Shown in pieces: positions 35,105-44,374 of a stretch of 64,000 bases of DNA. A program made the translations under genes and the position numbers. The notes beneath the pieces are model-generated. The model was not told the origin of the DNA and did no database searches. It worked only from the letters and a program-made list of their open reading frames with translations. The DNA lies in the IMG/VR virus record IMGVR_UViG_3300005281_000001, positions 1-64,000 of that record. One strand, written 5' to 3'. Position 1 is the stretch's first letter, and each line of letters starts with the position of its first letter. The DNA is from a virus. Lineage: Duplodnaviria > Caudoviricetes.

Positions 35105-37030
35105 ATGCGTATCCTTCAGAAGCTTCTCGACAATCTGGGCGATCTGTGGAACACCCTTCCGAAGGAAATCCCGCTGTTCACGATCGAAAAGGGTTCCGGG
35201 GCGCACTCCATGGTAACGGTCGACGGCGGCATGATGTATCTGCATAGCTCGCCTTTCCACCCGGGAATTCCACAGCGGCAGGAAGTGTGCCTCGACAAGA
35301 TGACGGCGGAAGAATTCGTCGACACGCTTCAGGGCATGGGGTACGTTGTGCAGTACACTTCCGAAGCCCTTGAACATGGACTTAACGTGCACAAGCCGTT
35401 TATCCTAATCGAGATCGAGAACGCCCCGCTGACGGCCACGCTGACGTCGTACACGTCGAATCTGTGGCAGATCATGTACCCAATTTACCGGGTGCTCCGG
35501 GACGTGGAGTTCGACACTTCCGAAGCCCTCAAGGCGCTCTATCGGTCGCTGGCCGACGGCGAATGGCTCGATTTCTGGGCAGATTTCTTCGCCATCAAGC
35601 GTGAGCCGGGCGAGTCCGACAACGATTTCAGCCGCCGGTTTACGATGTGGCTGTTCAATCCGAAGACCAATAACGTCGCGTTGGAGGAATTGCTGGCGTA
35701 CCGGCTTCAGGACACGAACATCGAGATTCGTGACCGCGGCCCGCTCCAGTTCGAGCTCATCGTCGGGACGAAGTACATAAACGACGCCAGCGACCTTCAC
35801 CGCATCCTTCGCGAGACCAAAGGCGCCGGCATTGAGTACTTCCTACGCTACCAGTCGGAAATACTGGAAGAATTCTACCCGGTTTACTGGTCGGACGCAC
35901 ACGGTATGCCGTTTACTCACATGGACGGCGGCCAGCCGAGTATGCTCACGCTGTTCAAGCCGTTTGCTGAGGATAAGTACGAAGTGGATTCCGAAGAAGG
36001 CATGCCGGCCATCACGACGGGCGCTGAAGATGCGTTTCCGACTCCGGTTGATGAGTTCCTGCCATATCAGATGGCACGCATCATGGAAGAACACGTAAGC
36101 AAGGCGCTCGAAAGCGTTCTGTCTGAGCTGGCAGCAACATATGAAGAAACGGCCTCGTCTGGGGTGCCTGCGGTGTTCGACGACTTTTCGCAGTATGATA
36201 ATCACAATCGCATCGAAAATACAACTTCCGGGACACCATGGGATATAGCATCTGCTGGCGTCGTCTTCACCGGTAATGCATATGCTCCCGGCGGTACGTC
36301 GCTATTTCATTATGCAGAATTTTATACCAGTCCCGTCACTCCCTACAGCTACGTTGGTTTCGACTGCGGGATGACGGACTATGTATTTGAGGTTTTGGTG
36401 GGTCCAGCGCCGGAGAGTACCTCCGGGACCAGCCGCATATCGGGTACGGTCATGTTCCGCTTCGTCGACTCCGACAACTACATGTACCTCGATTGGATCA
36501 ACGGAAACATGACCTATCCTAACATGGAGGCAACGGGGATCGCACTGTATAAGCGCGAAAACGGCGTAGACACACTACTCGCTACAGCCATGTTTGATAC
36601 ACCTGACCATTTAACGGTATCCGTTCCGCGCCCCTACAGAAAGCTGCGGGTAATCCAAAAAGGGGCACACATAGGCATCGACTACGGCAGTAAGCGACTG
36701 ATCAACGTAACGGATGCGACGTTCTATGGAAGTACCAAACTCGGCTTATTCATTCGATATGGTCACGTAGGCGGAAAAGGCCCCGTACCTATCTACTATC
36801 GGCAAGTGCGGGTCGCTCCGACATATGACCTTAGCAGTATCGACATCGTGCATGCGGCTTCCGAAGCATACAAGTTGCCGCCGGAATCGAACCTGAACAT
36901 ATCGTTCGAAACGAACAGCAGCGAAACGCGGGGCGAGCATGAGTTGCTTGCACCGTCCAGCTTGCAGCAGGATGTGGCGGCGATTACGATTACCGTCGAC
37001 GGGAACATCGTCGAAACCATCATCATCTGA
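35105..37030 (+). CDS. Baseplate/tail protein (gpI-like N-terminus) with inserted ConA-like beta domain
   Basis: ADGEWLDFWADFFAIKR.PGESD motif; compositionally distinct segment about 36140-36850 (MFRFVDSDNYMY). Confidence 0.7.
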   Translation: MRILQKLLDNLGDLWNTLPKEIPLFTIEKGSGAHSMVTVDGGMMYLHSSPFHPGIPQRQEVCLDKMTAEEFVDTLQGMGYVVQYTSEALEHGLNVHKPFILIEIENAPLTATLTSYTSNLWQIMYPIYRVLRDVEFDTSEALKALYRSLADGEWLDFWADFFAIKREPGESDNDFSRRFTMWLFNPKTNNVALEELLAYRLQDTNIEIRDRGPLQFELIVGTKYINDASDLHRILRETKGAGIEYFLRYQSEILEEFYPVYWSDAHGMPFTHMDGGQPSMLTLFKPFAEDKYEVDSEEGMPAITTGAEDAFPTPVDEFLPYQMARIMEEHVSKALESVLSELAATYEETASSGVPAVFDDFSQYDNHNRIENTTSGTPWDIASAGVVFTGNAYAPGGTSLFHYAEFYTSPVTPYSYVGFDCGMTDYVFEVLVGPAPESTSGTSRISGTVMFRFVDSDNYMYLDWINGNMTYPNMEATGIALYKRENGVDTLLATAMFDTPDHLTVSVPRPYRKLRVIQKGAHIGIDYGSKRLINVTDATFYGSTKLGLFIRYGHVGGKGPVPIYYRQVRVAPTYDLSSIDIVHAASEAYKLPPESNLNISFETNSSETRGEHELLAPSSLQQDVAAITITVDGNIVETIII

Positions 37031-37137
37031 CTTCCGAAGGATAGCAGCTTTTTCATTGCATGCATCGATCGGAGGCGGTATGCTATCCCATAGAAGGCAA
37101 ACTTCCGAACTACGGATTTTGAAAGGAGATATGCGCA

Positions 37138-37728
37138 ATGGCATCTGCTCGTGCGTTTGCGGAGAAAGGGGCAAATAAGGCGAAAGGCTTCGTCAGCATC
37201 ATCCAGCACAAGGAGCCGTTGGAATTCATCCCATACGGCGACGGAGACCCTACTCATGGGTACTTCCGAATCCCGGAATCGGTCATGTCCGAGCGCCACA
37301 TGAAGAACATGATCGTTAATCAGGCGTCTGTCTTCATGGCAAAGCGTATGCGTCCCGGTACGTCATGGGGTTCCGGTATTGGCTATCTGGAGATCGGTAC
37401 TGGCGTCGGAAGCGGTTCGACGCAGAGCCCGGAACCGGAAGACCCGGCACAAACCGGACTGCGTGAGCCGCTGGTTCGGAAGGCAATTACGTCGTGGACG
37501 TGTCTGGATGAAAACGGTGACCCGACGGCCGAGGATACGAACGTGCTTCAGTTCACCACGACATTTACCGAAGAAGAAGCCGTCGGCGCTCTGGTCGAAA
37601 TGGGCCTGTTCGGCGGGGATGCGGATGAGAACATCGGCACCGGCATGATGTTCAACTATAAAGTATTCCCGGTCATCAACAAGGACGAGTCCATGCAACT
37701 TACGATTGTCTGGAAAGTAACGTTCTAA
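37138..37728 (+). CDS. Baseplate / tail-fibre attachment protein
   Basis: KNMIVN, IGTG, LVEMGLFGG, FPVINK...WKVTF motif. Confidence 0.7.
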   Translation: MASARAFAEKGANKAKGFVSIIQHKEPLEFIPYGDGDPTHGYFRIPESVMSERHMKNMIVNQASVFMAKRMRPGTSWGSGIGYLEIGTGVGSGSTQSPEPEDPAQTGLREPLVRKAITSWTCLDENGDPTAEDTNVLQFTTTFTEEEAVGALVEMGLFGGDADENIGTGMMFNYKVFPVINKDESMQLTIVWKVTF

Positions 37729-37754
37729 ACCGACTTACGAAGGGAGGATAGATC

Positions 37755-39632
37755 ATGCCGACTTTTGACAGACAGGATAAGTTCTCCCCGGACAAGGCCT
37801 TCAGCCGCGTTGTCTGGGGAGAGCGGTCAAAAGTGCTCGAGACCGAGCTTTCGGAAATGCAGAAAATTCTCCAGCACCAAACCTTGGCGCTGGGTGAGGC
37901 AATTCTTTCGAATGGTTTCGTCGACGAGCTTCCGAACATCACATATGAAAACGACGAGCTCACAATCGATCCGTGCGCTTTCGTAATTGACGGGTTCGTG
38001 TACCGCGTACAGAGCCCGCTTGTCCTTTCGCAAGTGCAACCGGAGAGTACCGTGTATATCGAGGTTTCGGAAGCTGAGGTTTCGTATCAGGACACGATCC
38101 GAAAAGACGGCAACTACACGGACGGCGGCGAAGACCTGCCGGATAACGGCATCCTTGACCCTGACTTTGGCGCCGAGACAACGCGCCGCGTGCAGTGGCA
38201 GATTCGCCTCGTAACCGACGATTCCGACGAGAGCAAGCGATACCTGCCTGTGTGTACGGTCCACGGAGAAAACGCCGGTGTATGGGAATACGAGGACCTA
38301 CGACAGTTGTGTTCCTTGAAATCTACGTACGATGTGGCGCGGAAGGCGGATGTCGATGCGGTTGACAGCGCGGCCATGAAAAAGGTCGCAGACAGCGACC
38401 TTGACATGAACAATCGGTCCGTGACCAATATTCTGAAGCTCAATCATAGGGATCAGACTACTCTCACTATCTCAAACGGTGCCATCACGGTAACGCAGGG
38501 CTACCACACAGTGGACACCGAAGGCGGAGCGCCTCAAGACGAGCTCACAACGATCAACGGGGGGTCTATCGGAGACCGCCTATTGCTTCGGCCAGCCAAC
38601 ACCAATCGCAAGGTCACAATCAAAGGTGATGGATCGGGAAACATATACACTTTCGACCGGACGGATATCGCGATGGAAAGCGTTTCGTCGGTTGTGGAGC
38701 TTATCAAAATCAATGTCACCGGTCATTGGTACGTGATCGGAGTAAATGGCGTCAAACGTGCAGGCGACGCCATGAGGGGTCCGCTCTCCATGGGAGGGTA
38801 TCGGATTACTGATCTTGCCGCGCCGACAAATGCAAATGACGCGGCGCGAAAGGCGGAAGTGGATGCGATCACCACAGAAAAAATAAACACCACGACGTAC
38901 AAAACTGCTTCCGAGCCCGGAAGTTCTTACCCCATCGGCATTACCACATTCAGCGTCACAGACGGTATTGCCGATGGATGGCCTGTCGACGGTGGGGTTG
39001 TTCTGACCATTAGACTCTCTAATGTGCGTTGCCTGCAAATTATTTCCGGCTCTCACGCGTCGAATGCGACCAATGGGCGGCTGTTTAATCGCTCATGGCG
39101 TAGTGATATTGGATGGAGTGATTGGCGGCGCCAATGGGACGATCAAGAAATGGGCGCAGGAAGTGGCCTCGACGCGGACATGCTTGATGGTATTCAAGCA
39201 GAACGGTTTATCTACGGCGACAACGCGCGAGGGACCGTGCACTATGCAGGTGATCTTAACAACATCACAAAAAGCGGGTTTTACTACGCATTTACAGGCC
39301 ATTCCAACGGGCCGTCTGGTGCAAATGGATTTTTGATACATCACCAGATGTCCACAGGCAACAACTTCGCAGCCCAAACGTTTATTGATTACAACAACGA
39401 CAGTTTTTACTTCCGCAGAAAGATTGACGGAGCATGGCAAGGCTGGAAAAAAATATGGAATGAATCGAATGACGGTCCCGGAAGTGGTCTTGATGCCGAC
39501 ACTGTGGACGGTCTGCACGCGAGCAGTTTCTGGACCAAAAGCGAGCTCGGAAGCGATCGCACGCGAAAAATTACGATATCAACAAGCAACCCGTCGGGCG
39601 GCGCAAACGGGGATATCTGGTTTGTAGTCTAG
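37755..39632 (+). CDS. Tail fibre protein (modular, knob domains)
   Basis: ETELSEMQ and ETTRRVQ N-terminal anchor; two GSGLDADxxDG repeats; DLNNITKSGFY..WQGW knob; C-terminal PSGGANGDIW. Confidence 0.85.
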   Translation: MPTFDRQDKFSPDKAFSRVVWGERSKVLETELSEMQKILQHQTLALGEAILSNGFVDELPNITYENDELTIDPCAFVIDGFVYRVQSPLVLSQVQPESTVYIEVSEAEVSYQDTIRKDGNYTDGGEDLPDNGILDPDFGAETTRRVQWQIRLVTDDSDESKRYLPVCTVHGENAGVWEYEDLRQLCSLKSTYDVARKADVDAVDSAAMKKVADSDLDMNNRSVTNILKLNHRDQTTLTISNGAITVTQGYHTVDTEGGAPQDELTTINGGSIGDRLLLRPANTNRKVTIKGDGSGNIYTFDRTDIAMESVSSVVELIKINVTGHWYVIGVNGVKRAGDAMRGPLSMGGYRITDLAAPTNANDAARKAEVDAITTEKINTTTYKTASEPGSSYPIGITTFSVTDGIADGWPVDGGVVLTIRLSNVRCLQIISGSHASNATNGRLFNRSWRSDIGWSDWRRQWDDQEMGAGSGLDADMLDGIQAERFIYGDNARGTVHYAGDLNNITKSGFYYAFTGHSNGPSGANGFLIHHQMSTGNNFAAQTFIDYNNDSFYFRRKIDGAWQGWKKIWNESNDGPGSGLDADTVDGLHASSFWTKSELGSDRTRKITISTSNPSGGANGDIWFVV

Positions 39633-39645
39633 GGGGTGTGTAGTC

Positions 39646-40770
39646 ATGGCTATTCAAGTACGTGACGCGGGGAGTTGGAAAACTCCAACTCCCTATGTAC
39701 GACAAGATGGTCGGTGGGTTATCCCTTATGAAATTTATGCAAGGGATGCTGGAAGTTGGAAACTCGCTTTTAGACGATCCGGAGTGCTGTGGAGACTGGC
39801 ATCTACAAACATCCCGAGTGACTACGACTACGCACTCATAACCGCAGGAAACGGTGCTATTGTCATGTCTGCACAAAGCGCATTCCCTAACAAGGGTCTG
39901 GTAAGCACTTCAACCGATTTGGCTTCCTTGAGTTTTTCATCTATAGATTTTGGAACTAGTTACCCTGTAGCGCGACTGCATTTCCATAACGGACGCTTTT
40001 TTGGTACCGCTGCAGGTAACGCATTTGTAACTTCAACAAATGGCACAAGTTGGTCATCTGTAACTCTCCCGGTTACGGGGTCCGTATCAAGTATAGCTTA
40101 CGGTAATTCTCGGTATGTAGCTGTACTTAGCAGCTCAAATGTGGTCATATCGTCCACGAACGGTACTTCATGGTCTCAGGTCGGCACACTACCGTGGGAT
40201 AGTGCGACCGTTTCGAATCCTAAGATAGCATACGGCAATGGAGTTTTTGTTGTCGTTATAAGTTCTTCGGGTACTGGACCGATTCCTGCATCTAAAATCG
40301 CGTACTCTACGAACAACGGAGCGACGTGGACTGTTGTTCCGGTATCGGACGACTATAACTCCAACCCTGCATATAGGTATCACTATAAAGTAGAGTTCGG
40401 CAACGGTGTATTTGTGGTCGCATCGCGAATAAACGTAGGCACTAATGTAGGAACCGGATTAGCCTATTCGCCAGATGGTATAACTTGGACGGGAGTTAGT
40501 GCCGCTAATACGCCTTTCGGGACGAACGTAGAATTTATTGACGTAGCTTTTGGAGACGGCGTGTTCGTAGCAACTCAAGCAACCCACAATTCTCCCAAAT
40601 TTATAATATCAAATGACGGCGTAAAGTGGAGGGCTGCAGCGCTGAATTCTGGCGTTCCTGAAAATATTGTCGGATGGTCCGCATTGACCTATGATCAATC
40701 TCGCCGTGCATTTCTGTGCGCGTACTGGCAGTCGAGACCCACAAAGATCGTGTATTCGAAGTTTGAATAA
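39646..40770 (+). CDS. Receptor-binding beta-propeller protein (BNR/Asp-box repeats)
   Basis: Repeated SxNG/DGxxW and AYGNGVFV blades; markedly AT-richer codon use. Confidence 0.8.
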   Translation: MAIQVRDAGSWKTPTPYVRQDGRWVIPYEIYARDAGSWKLAFRRSGVLWRLASTNIPSDYDYALITAGNGAIVMSAQSAFPNKGLVSTSTDLASLSFSSIDFGTSYPVARLHFHNGRFFGTAAGNAFVTSTNGTSWSSVTLPVTGSVSSIAYGNSRYVAVLSSSNVVISSTNGTSWSQVGTLPWDSATVSNPKIAYGNGVFVVVISSSGTGPIPASKIAYSTNNGATWTVVPVSDDYNSNPAYRYHYKVEFGNGVFVVASRINVGTNVGTGLAYSPDGITWTGVSAANTPFGTNVEFIDVAFGDGVFVATQATHNSPKFIISNDGVKWRAAALNSGVPENIVGWSALTYDQSRRAFLCAYWQSRPTKIVYSKFE

Positions 40771-40792
40771 AACAACATAACGAGGTGCGTTA

Positions 40793-40876
40793 ATGAGCGG
40801 CACAAACGAAAACAAACAATTGATGGATGTCCTGACCAACGTACGTGTAGATATCGCGCGGCTCGTATACGTTTAA
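40793..40876 (+). pseudogene. 27-codon remnant resembling an XhlA-type lysis gene N-terminus
   Basis: SD GAGGTG; MSGTNENKQLMDVLTNVRVDIARLVYV* ends at the edge of the AT-rich cassette. Confidence 0.4.
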
Positions 40877-40979
40877 TTTGTTCGATCTTCCGAAGTTCAG
40901 GCTATTATCATACCAAAGATCGAATCCCATGTGGTATAAATAGCCTGAACGATCCACTTCGGAAGGAGGGGTACATGTG

Positions 40980-41330
40980 ATGTCGGAATTGACCAACTTC
41001 GAGCGAATCGGGGCCGTTGGTCTCGCCGCCATGATAGTATTTATCGGCTACAAGATCATGCAACTGCTCATGGATCAATGGCGGGCCAGTACTTCGGCGC
41101 AGGAGCGCGCGGTTGATGCACTCAACCGAAACACGGACAGCTTCGAAAAGCTGGCGGCCGTGTTCGAAAAGCAAGCTGAACGTGATGTCGAATTTCAGAA
41201 GTTCGTCACGGGCGTACTCAACAAGAATACTTCGCTGCTGACAAGTGCCCACCAAAAAATCACCGAACTTCATGGCGCTGTTCTCCGGCATGGCGTTCCG
41301 CGATATGAGGGGGATGACCAAGTTGGCTAA
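40980..41330 (+). CDS. Holin-like membrane protein (1 TM + coiled coil)
   Basis: SD AAGGAGG; IGAVGLAAMIVFIG hydrophobic segment; upstream of endolysin. Confidence 0.65.
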   Translation: MSELTNFERIGAVGLAAMIVFIGYKIMQLLMDQWRASTSAQERAVDALNRNTDSFEKLAAVFEKQAERDVEFQKFVTGVLNKNTSLLTSAHQKITELHGAVLRHGVPRYEGDDQVG

Positions 41331-42135
41331 GATGTTCGACACGGCGACGAAAATTACGTCCGCCGCAACAGCGAAGAAGTTCGTCGAATCCGGGTACACG
41401 GCCATCGGCCGTTACGCGGTTCCAAACAGTTGGAAATCGCTGACACTGTCTGAAGCAAACATTCTGAAGTCCGCCGGCCTGAAGATCATCTCCATTTGGC
41501 AGATCGACGGCAAGAACAGCGTGCTTCAGGGGTATGCAAAAGGAAAGTCGGACGGTGAGCGCGCCGTCGCTTACGCGAAGGAGCTTCAGCAGCCGAAGGG
41601 AAGCGCCATCTACACGGCGGTTGACTTCGACGCTCAGGCCAGCCAGATGGAGACCGTCAAGGCGTATGTGCGAGGTTTCCGGGAGGCTGTCAATGCTGCC
41701 GGATATCTCGGCGGCGTGTACGGCTCCGCGGCCGTCATGAAGACCTGCATGGCTGCCAAAGTGGCGGACCGTTACTGGCAGACCTACGCATGGAGCAAAG
41801 GCGAGGTTGTCAAAGGAATCAACCTGTATCAGCGCAAGAACGACTTCTCGATGCATGGTGTGAACATCGACGACAACGACACTTTTGGCGACGAGGGCTG
41901 GTGGCCGCTCGACGTGAAGGAGGAAAAACCGTTCGTGAAAGGAAATACGAAATTCTCGGATGTGCCGGCTGGACACTGGGCTGAAAGCTCCATCAAGCAG
42001 GTTTCCGAAGCCGGGCTCATGAATGGCCTGCCGGACGGCTCTTTCGGCCTCGGCAAACCGGTGTCGCGGGAAGAATTGGCGGCTGTTGTCGCCAATCTTC
42101 TGAATAAAACCAACCTGAGTAAGAAGGAGGATTAA
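41323..42135 (+). CDS. Endolysin: DUF1906/GH25-like muramidase + SLH domain
   Basis: SD GAGGGGG before TTG. IGRY, IYTAVDFD, GVYGS, WQTYAWS; FSDVPAGHWA...SREELA SLH. Confidence 0.88.
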   Translation: MAKMFDTATKITSAATAKKFVESGYTAIGRYAVPNSWKSLTLSEANILKSAGLKIISIWQIDGKNSVLQGYAKGKSDGERAVAYAKELQQPKGSAIYTAVDFDAQASQMETVKAYVRGFREAVNAAGYLGGVYGSAAVMKTCMAAKVADRYWQTYAWSKGEVVKGINLYQRKNDFSMHGVNIDDNDTFGDEGWWPLDVKEEKPFVKGNTKFSDVPAGHWAESSIKQVSEAGLMNGLPDGSFGLGKPVSREELAAVVANLLNKTNLSKKED

Positions 42136-42138
42136 CGG

Positions 42139-42420
42139 ATGAACGGGCAAGACGTGATGCAAGATGTGCTGCTGTTTGCGTCCGCCATCGTGGTGTTCGT
42201 CACCGCACTGGTTCAACTGGTGAAGGTGTCGATCAACCTTCCGAAGCGTGTCGTGCCGCTTATCGGCCTGCTTATCGGCCTCGGCATCGGCGCTGTGGCC
42301 TATCCGTTTACGGAGCTCGACCTGATTCTCCGCCTGTGGTCCGGTGGGATCGCCGGCCTGTCGGCTACCGGACTTTTTGAGTTGGTATTCAATAAGCACG
42401 AAGGCACGACAAAGGAATAA
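42139..42420 (+). CDS. Holin (three TM segments)
   Basis: SD AAGGAGG; VQLVK..PLIGLLIG..AGLSATGLFE. Confidence 0.88.
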   Translation: MNGQDVMQDVLLFASAIVVFVTALVQLVKVSINLPKRVVPLIGLLIGLGIGAVAYPFTELDLILRLWSGGIAGLSATGLFELVFNKHEGTTKE

Positions 42421-42431
42421 TCGAGCTTCCG

Positions 42432-42456
42432 AAGCCCGCCTTAATGGCGGGTTTTT
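42432..42456 (+). terminator. Intrinsic terminator of the lysis operon
   Basis: AAGCCCGCC-TTAAT-GGCGGGTTTTT. Confidence 0.85.
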
Positions 42457-42458
42457 CG

Positions 42459-42487
42459 TTGACAGAGTAAATAAACCTTGATATCGT
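42459..42487 (+). promoter_or_regulatory. Sigma-A-type promoter for HU
   Basis: TTGACA-17 bp-TATCGT with extended TG. Confidence 0.65.
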
Positions 42488-42526
42488 CAGCTTCAGAAGT
42501 CAACCACTTCGGAAAGGAGGTACGCT

Positions 42527-42820
42527 ATGAACAAGATGGAGCTCGTCGCAGCCGCAGCAGCGAAAAGCGGCGACTCGCAACGCGCGACTAAGCGTGCGCT
42601 GGATGCGATCGTCGAGACGATCATCGAATGCACGCAGCGGGGCGAGGAAGTGAAGATTCAAGGTCTAGGTACGTTCTCCGTATCCAAACGGGCAGCTCGT
42701 AAGGGCCGGAACGTCATCACGGGAGAAACCGTCCATATACCGGAGCGCAATCTTCCGAAGTTTACAGCAAGTCTGGACCTGAAGAAGGCTGCTATGGCGT
42801 CGAAGTCCGACGCGCAATGA
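42527..42820 (+). CDS. hup: HU-family DNA-binding protein
   Basis: MNKMELV...GEEVKIQGLGTF...RAARKGRN..TGE...PKF. Confidence 0.95.
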   Translation: MNKMELVAAAAAKSGDSQRATKRALDAIVETIIECTQRGEEVKIQGLGTFSVSKRAARKGRNVITGETVHIPERNLPKFTASLDLKKAAMASKSDAQ

Positions 42821-42888
42821 CGCCATAAGCGAAAAACAAATGCACGCTTGCCGCGGAGGCATCGCTGTGTACACAAGCAACGAGTCCC

Positions 42889-42920
42889 GAAAGCACCCTG
42901 TTATTTGCAGGGTGCTTTTC
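42889..42920 (+). terminator. Intrinsic terminator after HU
   Basis: GAAAGCACCCTG...CAGGGTGCTTTTC. Confidence 0.8.
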
Positions 42921-42921
42921 G

Positions 42922-42949
42922 TTTACATGCTTCCGAAGCGCGCTAGAAT
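42922..42949 (+). promoter_or_regulatory. Sigma-A-like promoter with CTTCCGAAG in the spacer
   Basis: TTTACA-16 bp-TAGAAT. Confidence 0.55.
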
Positions 42950-43010
42950 TCTGAAAGTATCCTGTGTATGTTGGGTGTGAGGGATAGCAACCCTAAAAGG
43001 AGGATGCGCT

Positions 43011-44267
43011 ATGGAACTGAAAACGAAAGACGGGTACTACCTGATCCTGAAAGACCTCATGCCTGTGCTGGAGGACAAAATCCAGAAACTCCAGCGCCGG
43101 GCGAAGAAGTTGAATCTTCCGACAATCAGGATCGAGCAGGACGGTGAAGTCGTCAAGAAGGACCGCGGCCGCGTATACGAGTTCATACGCGTACGGCCGA
43201 TGGGCGACGCGCCTACGCTCGACGGGTGGGAATTCATCGGCACCATCCGACACACGCCGGAAGGGAACATCATCGCCGTTGTTCCGGGGTCAAAATACGA
43301 GGCTCCGGCCGCACTGCGGGATGCTCGACCGATGTGCGACCACTGCAAGACCCGGAGAGCTCGCAATGAGACCTACATCGTACGTAACACGAAAAGCCGC
43401 AAGGTCAAGCAGGTTGGCCGTTCTTGCTTGAAAGACTTCCTTAATGGTCACGGAAGTCCGGAGGCGGTTACCGCGTTCTTCTCGACATTCAGAAGTTTCG
43501 AAGAATTTCTGAAGTCGCTGCGCGACCGCAGCGAAACTTCGGGACGGGACAAGTACCTGCTGGACGTTGAATGCCTGCTGACGTTCGCCGCACAGGTGGC
43601 GATCGACGACGGTTATTTTGTAAGCATCGCTGAAGCTCGCGGCAATAAGGACGTCGACAGCACTGCCGCCAAAGCCTTGAAGTTCCTGCACAGGCATATG
43701 GACCCGTCATTTGAGCGCGACAAGCCGCGCCTGACCATCACGAAAGCGGCGGAGCAGATGGCCGCCGACATCATGGCGTGGGTAAAAGGTAACTTCGGAG
43801 GTAAAAGCGTCGACGACATGACCATCTATGAGTACAACTTGACGGTGATGTTCGCATTGCCCGGTGTTAAGCCCCGCGATGTCTACACAGTGATATCCGC
43901 CGTGGGCGCTTACAAGCGCACGCAAGAGCGGGAAGTCGCGCGCCGGGCGGAACAACGGCGCTACAAACAGAGCCAGCACGTCGGTAAGGTGGGCGATCGG
44001 GTGGAACTTGATCTTACTCTTATGAAGACGCGCACGGTGTGCACGGACTACGGCGATATGCACATCTACGTTTTCGAAGATGACGCCGGCAATGTGCTGG
44101 TCTGGAAGACGTCGACGATCATGATGTTCGTTACGGAGAACGACGAACAAACCTTCAAACCCGGCGACAGACTGCGGCTTCGCGCCACAATTAAGGACCA
44201 CGACGAGTATAACAACATCAAGCAGACGGTGCTTGCCCGCGGCAAAGCGCTCGCCGTTCTCGGATAA
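43011..44267 (+). CDS. Phage protein with Zn site and C-terminal OB fold
   Basis: SD AGGAGG; CDHC...QVGRSC; HVGKVGDR...ATIKDHDEYNNIKQT OB pattern. Confidence 0.75.
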   Translation: MELKTKDGYYLILKDLMPVLEDKIQKLQRRAKKLNLPTIRIEQDGEVVKKDRGRVYEFIRVRPMGDAPTLDGWEFIGTIRHTPEGNIIAVVPGSKYEAPAALRDARPMCDHCKTRRARNETYIVRNTKSRKVKQVGRSCLKDFLNGHGSPEAVTAFFSTFRSFEEFLKSLRDRSETSGRDKYLLDVECLLTFAAQVAIDDGYFVSIAEARGNKDVDSTAAKALKFLHRHMDPSFERDKPRLTITKAAEQMAADIMAWVKGNFGGKSVDDMTIYEYNLTVMFALPGVKPRDVYTVISAVGAYKRTQEREVARRAEQRRYKQSQHVGKVGDRVELDLTLMKTRTVCTDYGDMHIYVFEDDAGNVLVWKTSTIMMFVTENDEQTFKPGDRLRLRATIKDHDEYNNIKQTVLARGKALAVLG

Positions 44268-44374
44268 TCCTGATTATGGTTGGGCTGGTGAACGGATGGG
44301 TTAAACCGATCACCAGCCTAGGCTTACTTTCATTTCCAATACCAAAATATGGTGTTCACAAAAGCGAATGAATT

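Noticed and set aside
37755-40770. Diversity-generating retroelement or invertible fibre cassette
   Set aside because: No reverse transcriptase, template/variable repeat pair, invertase or inverted fibre copy seen in the window.
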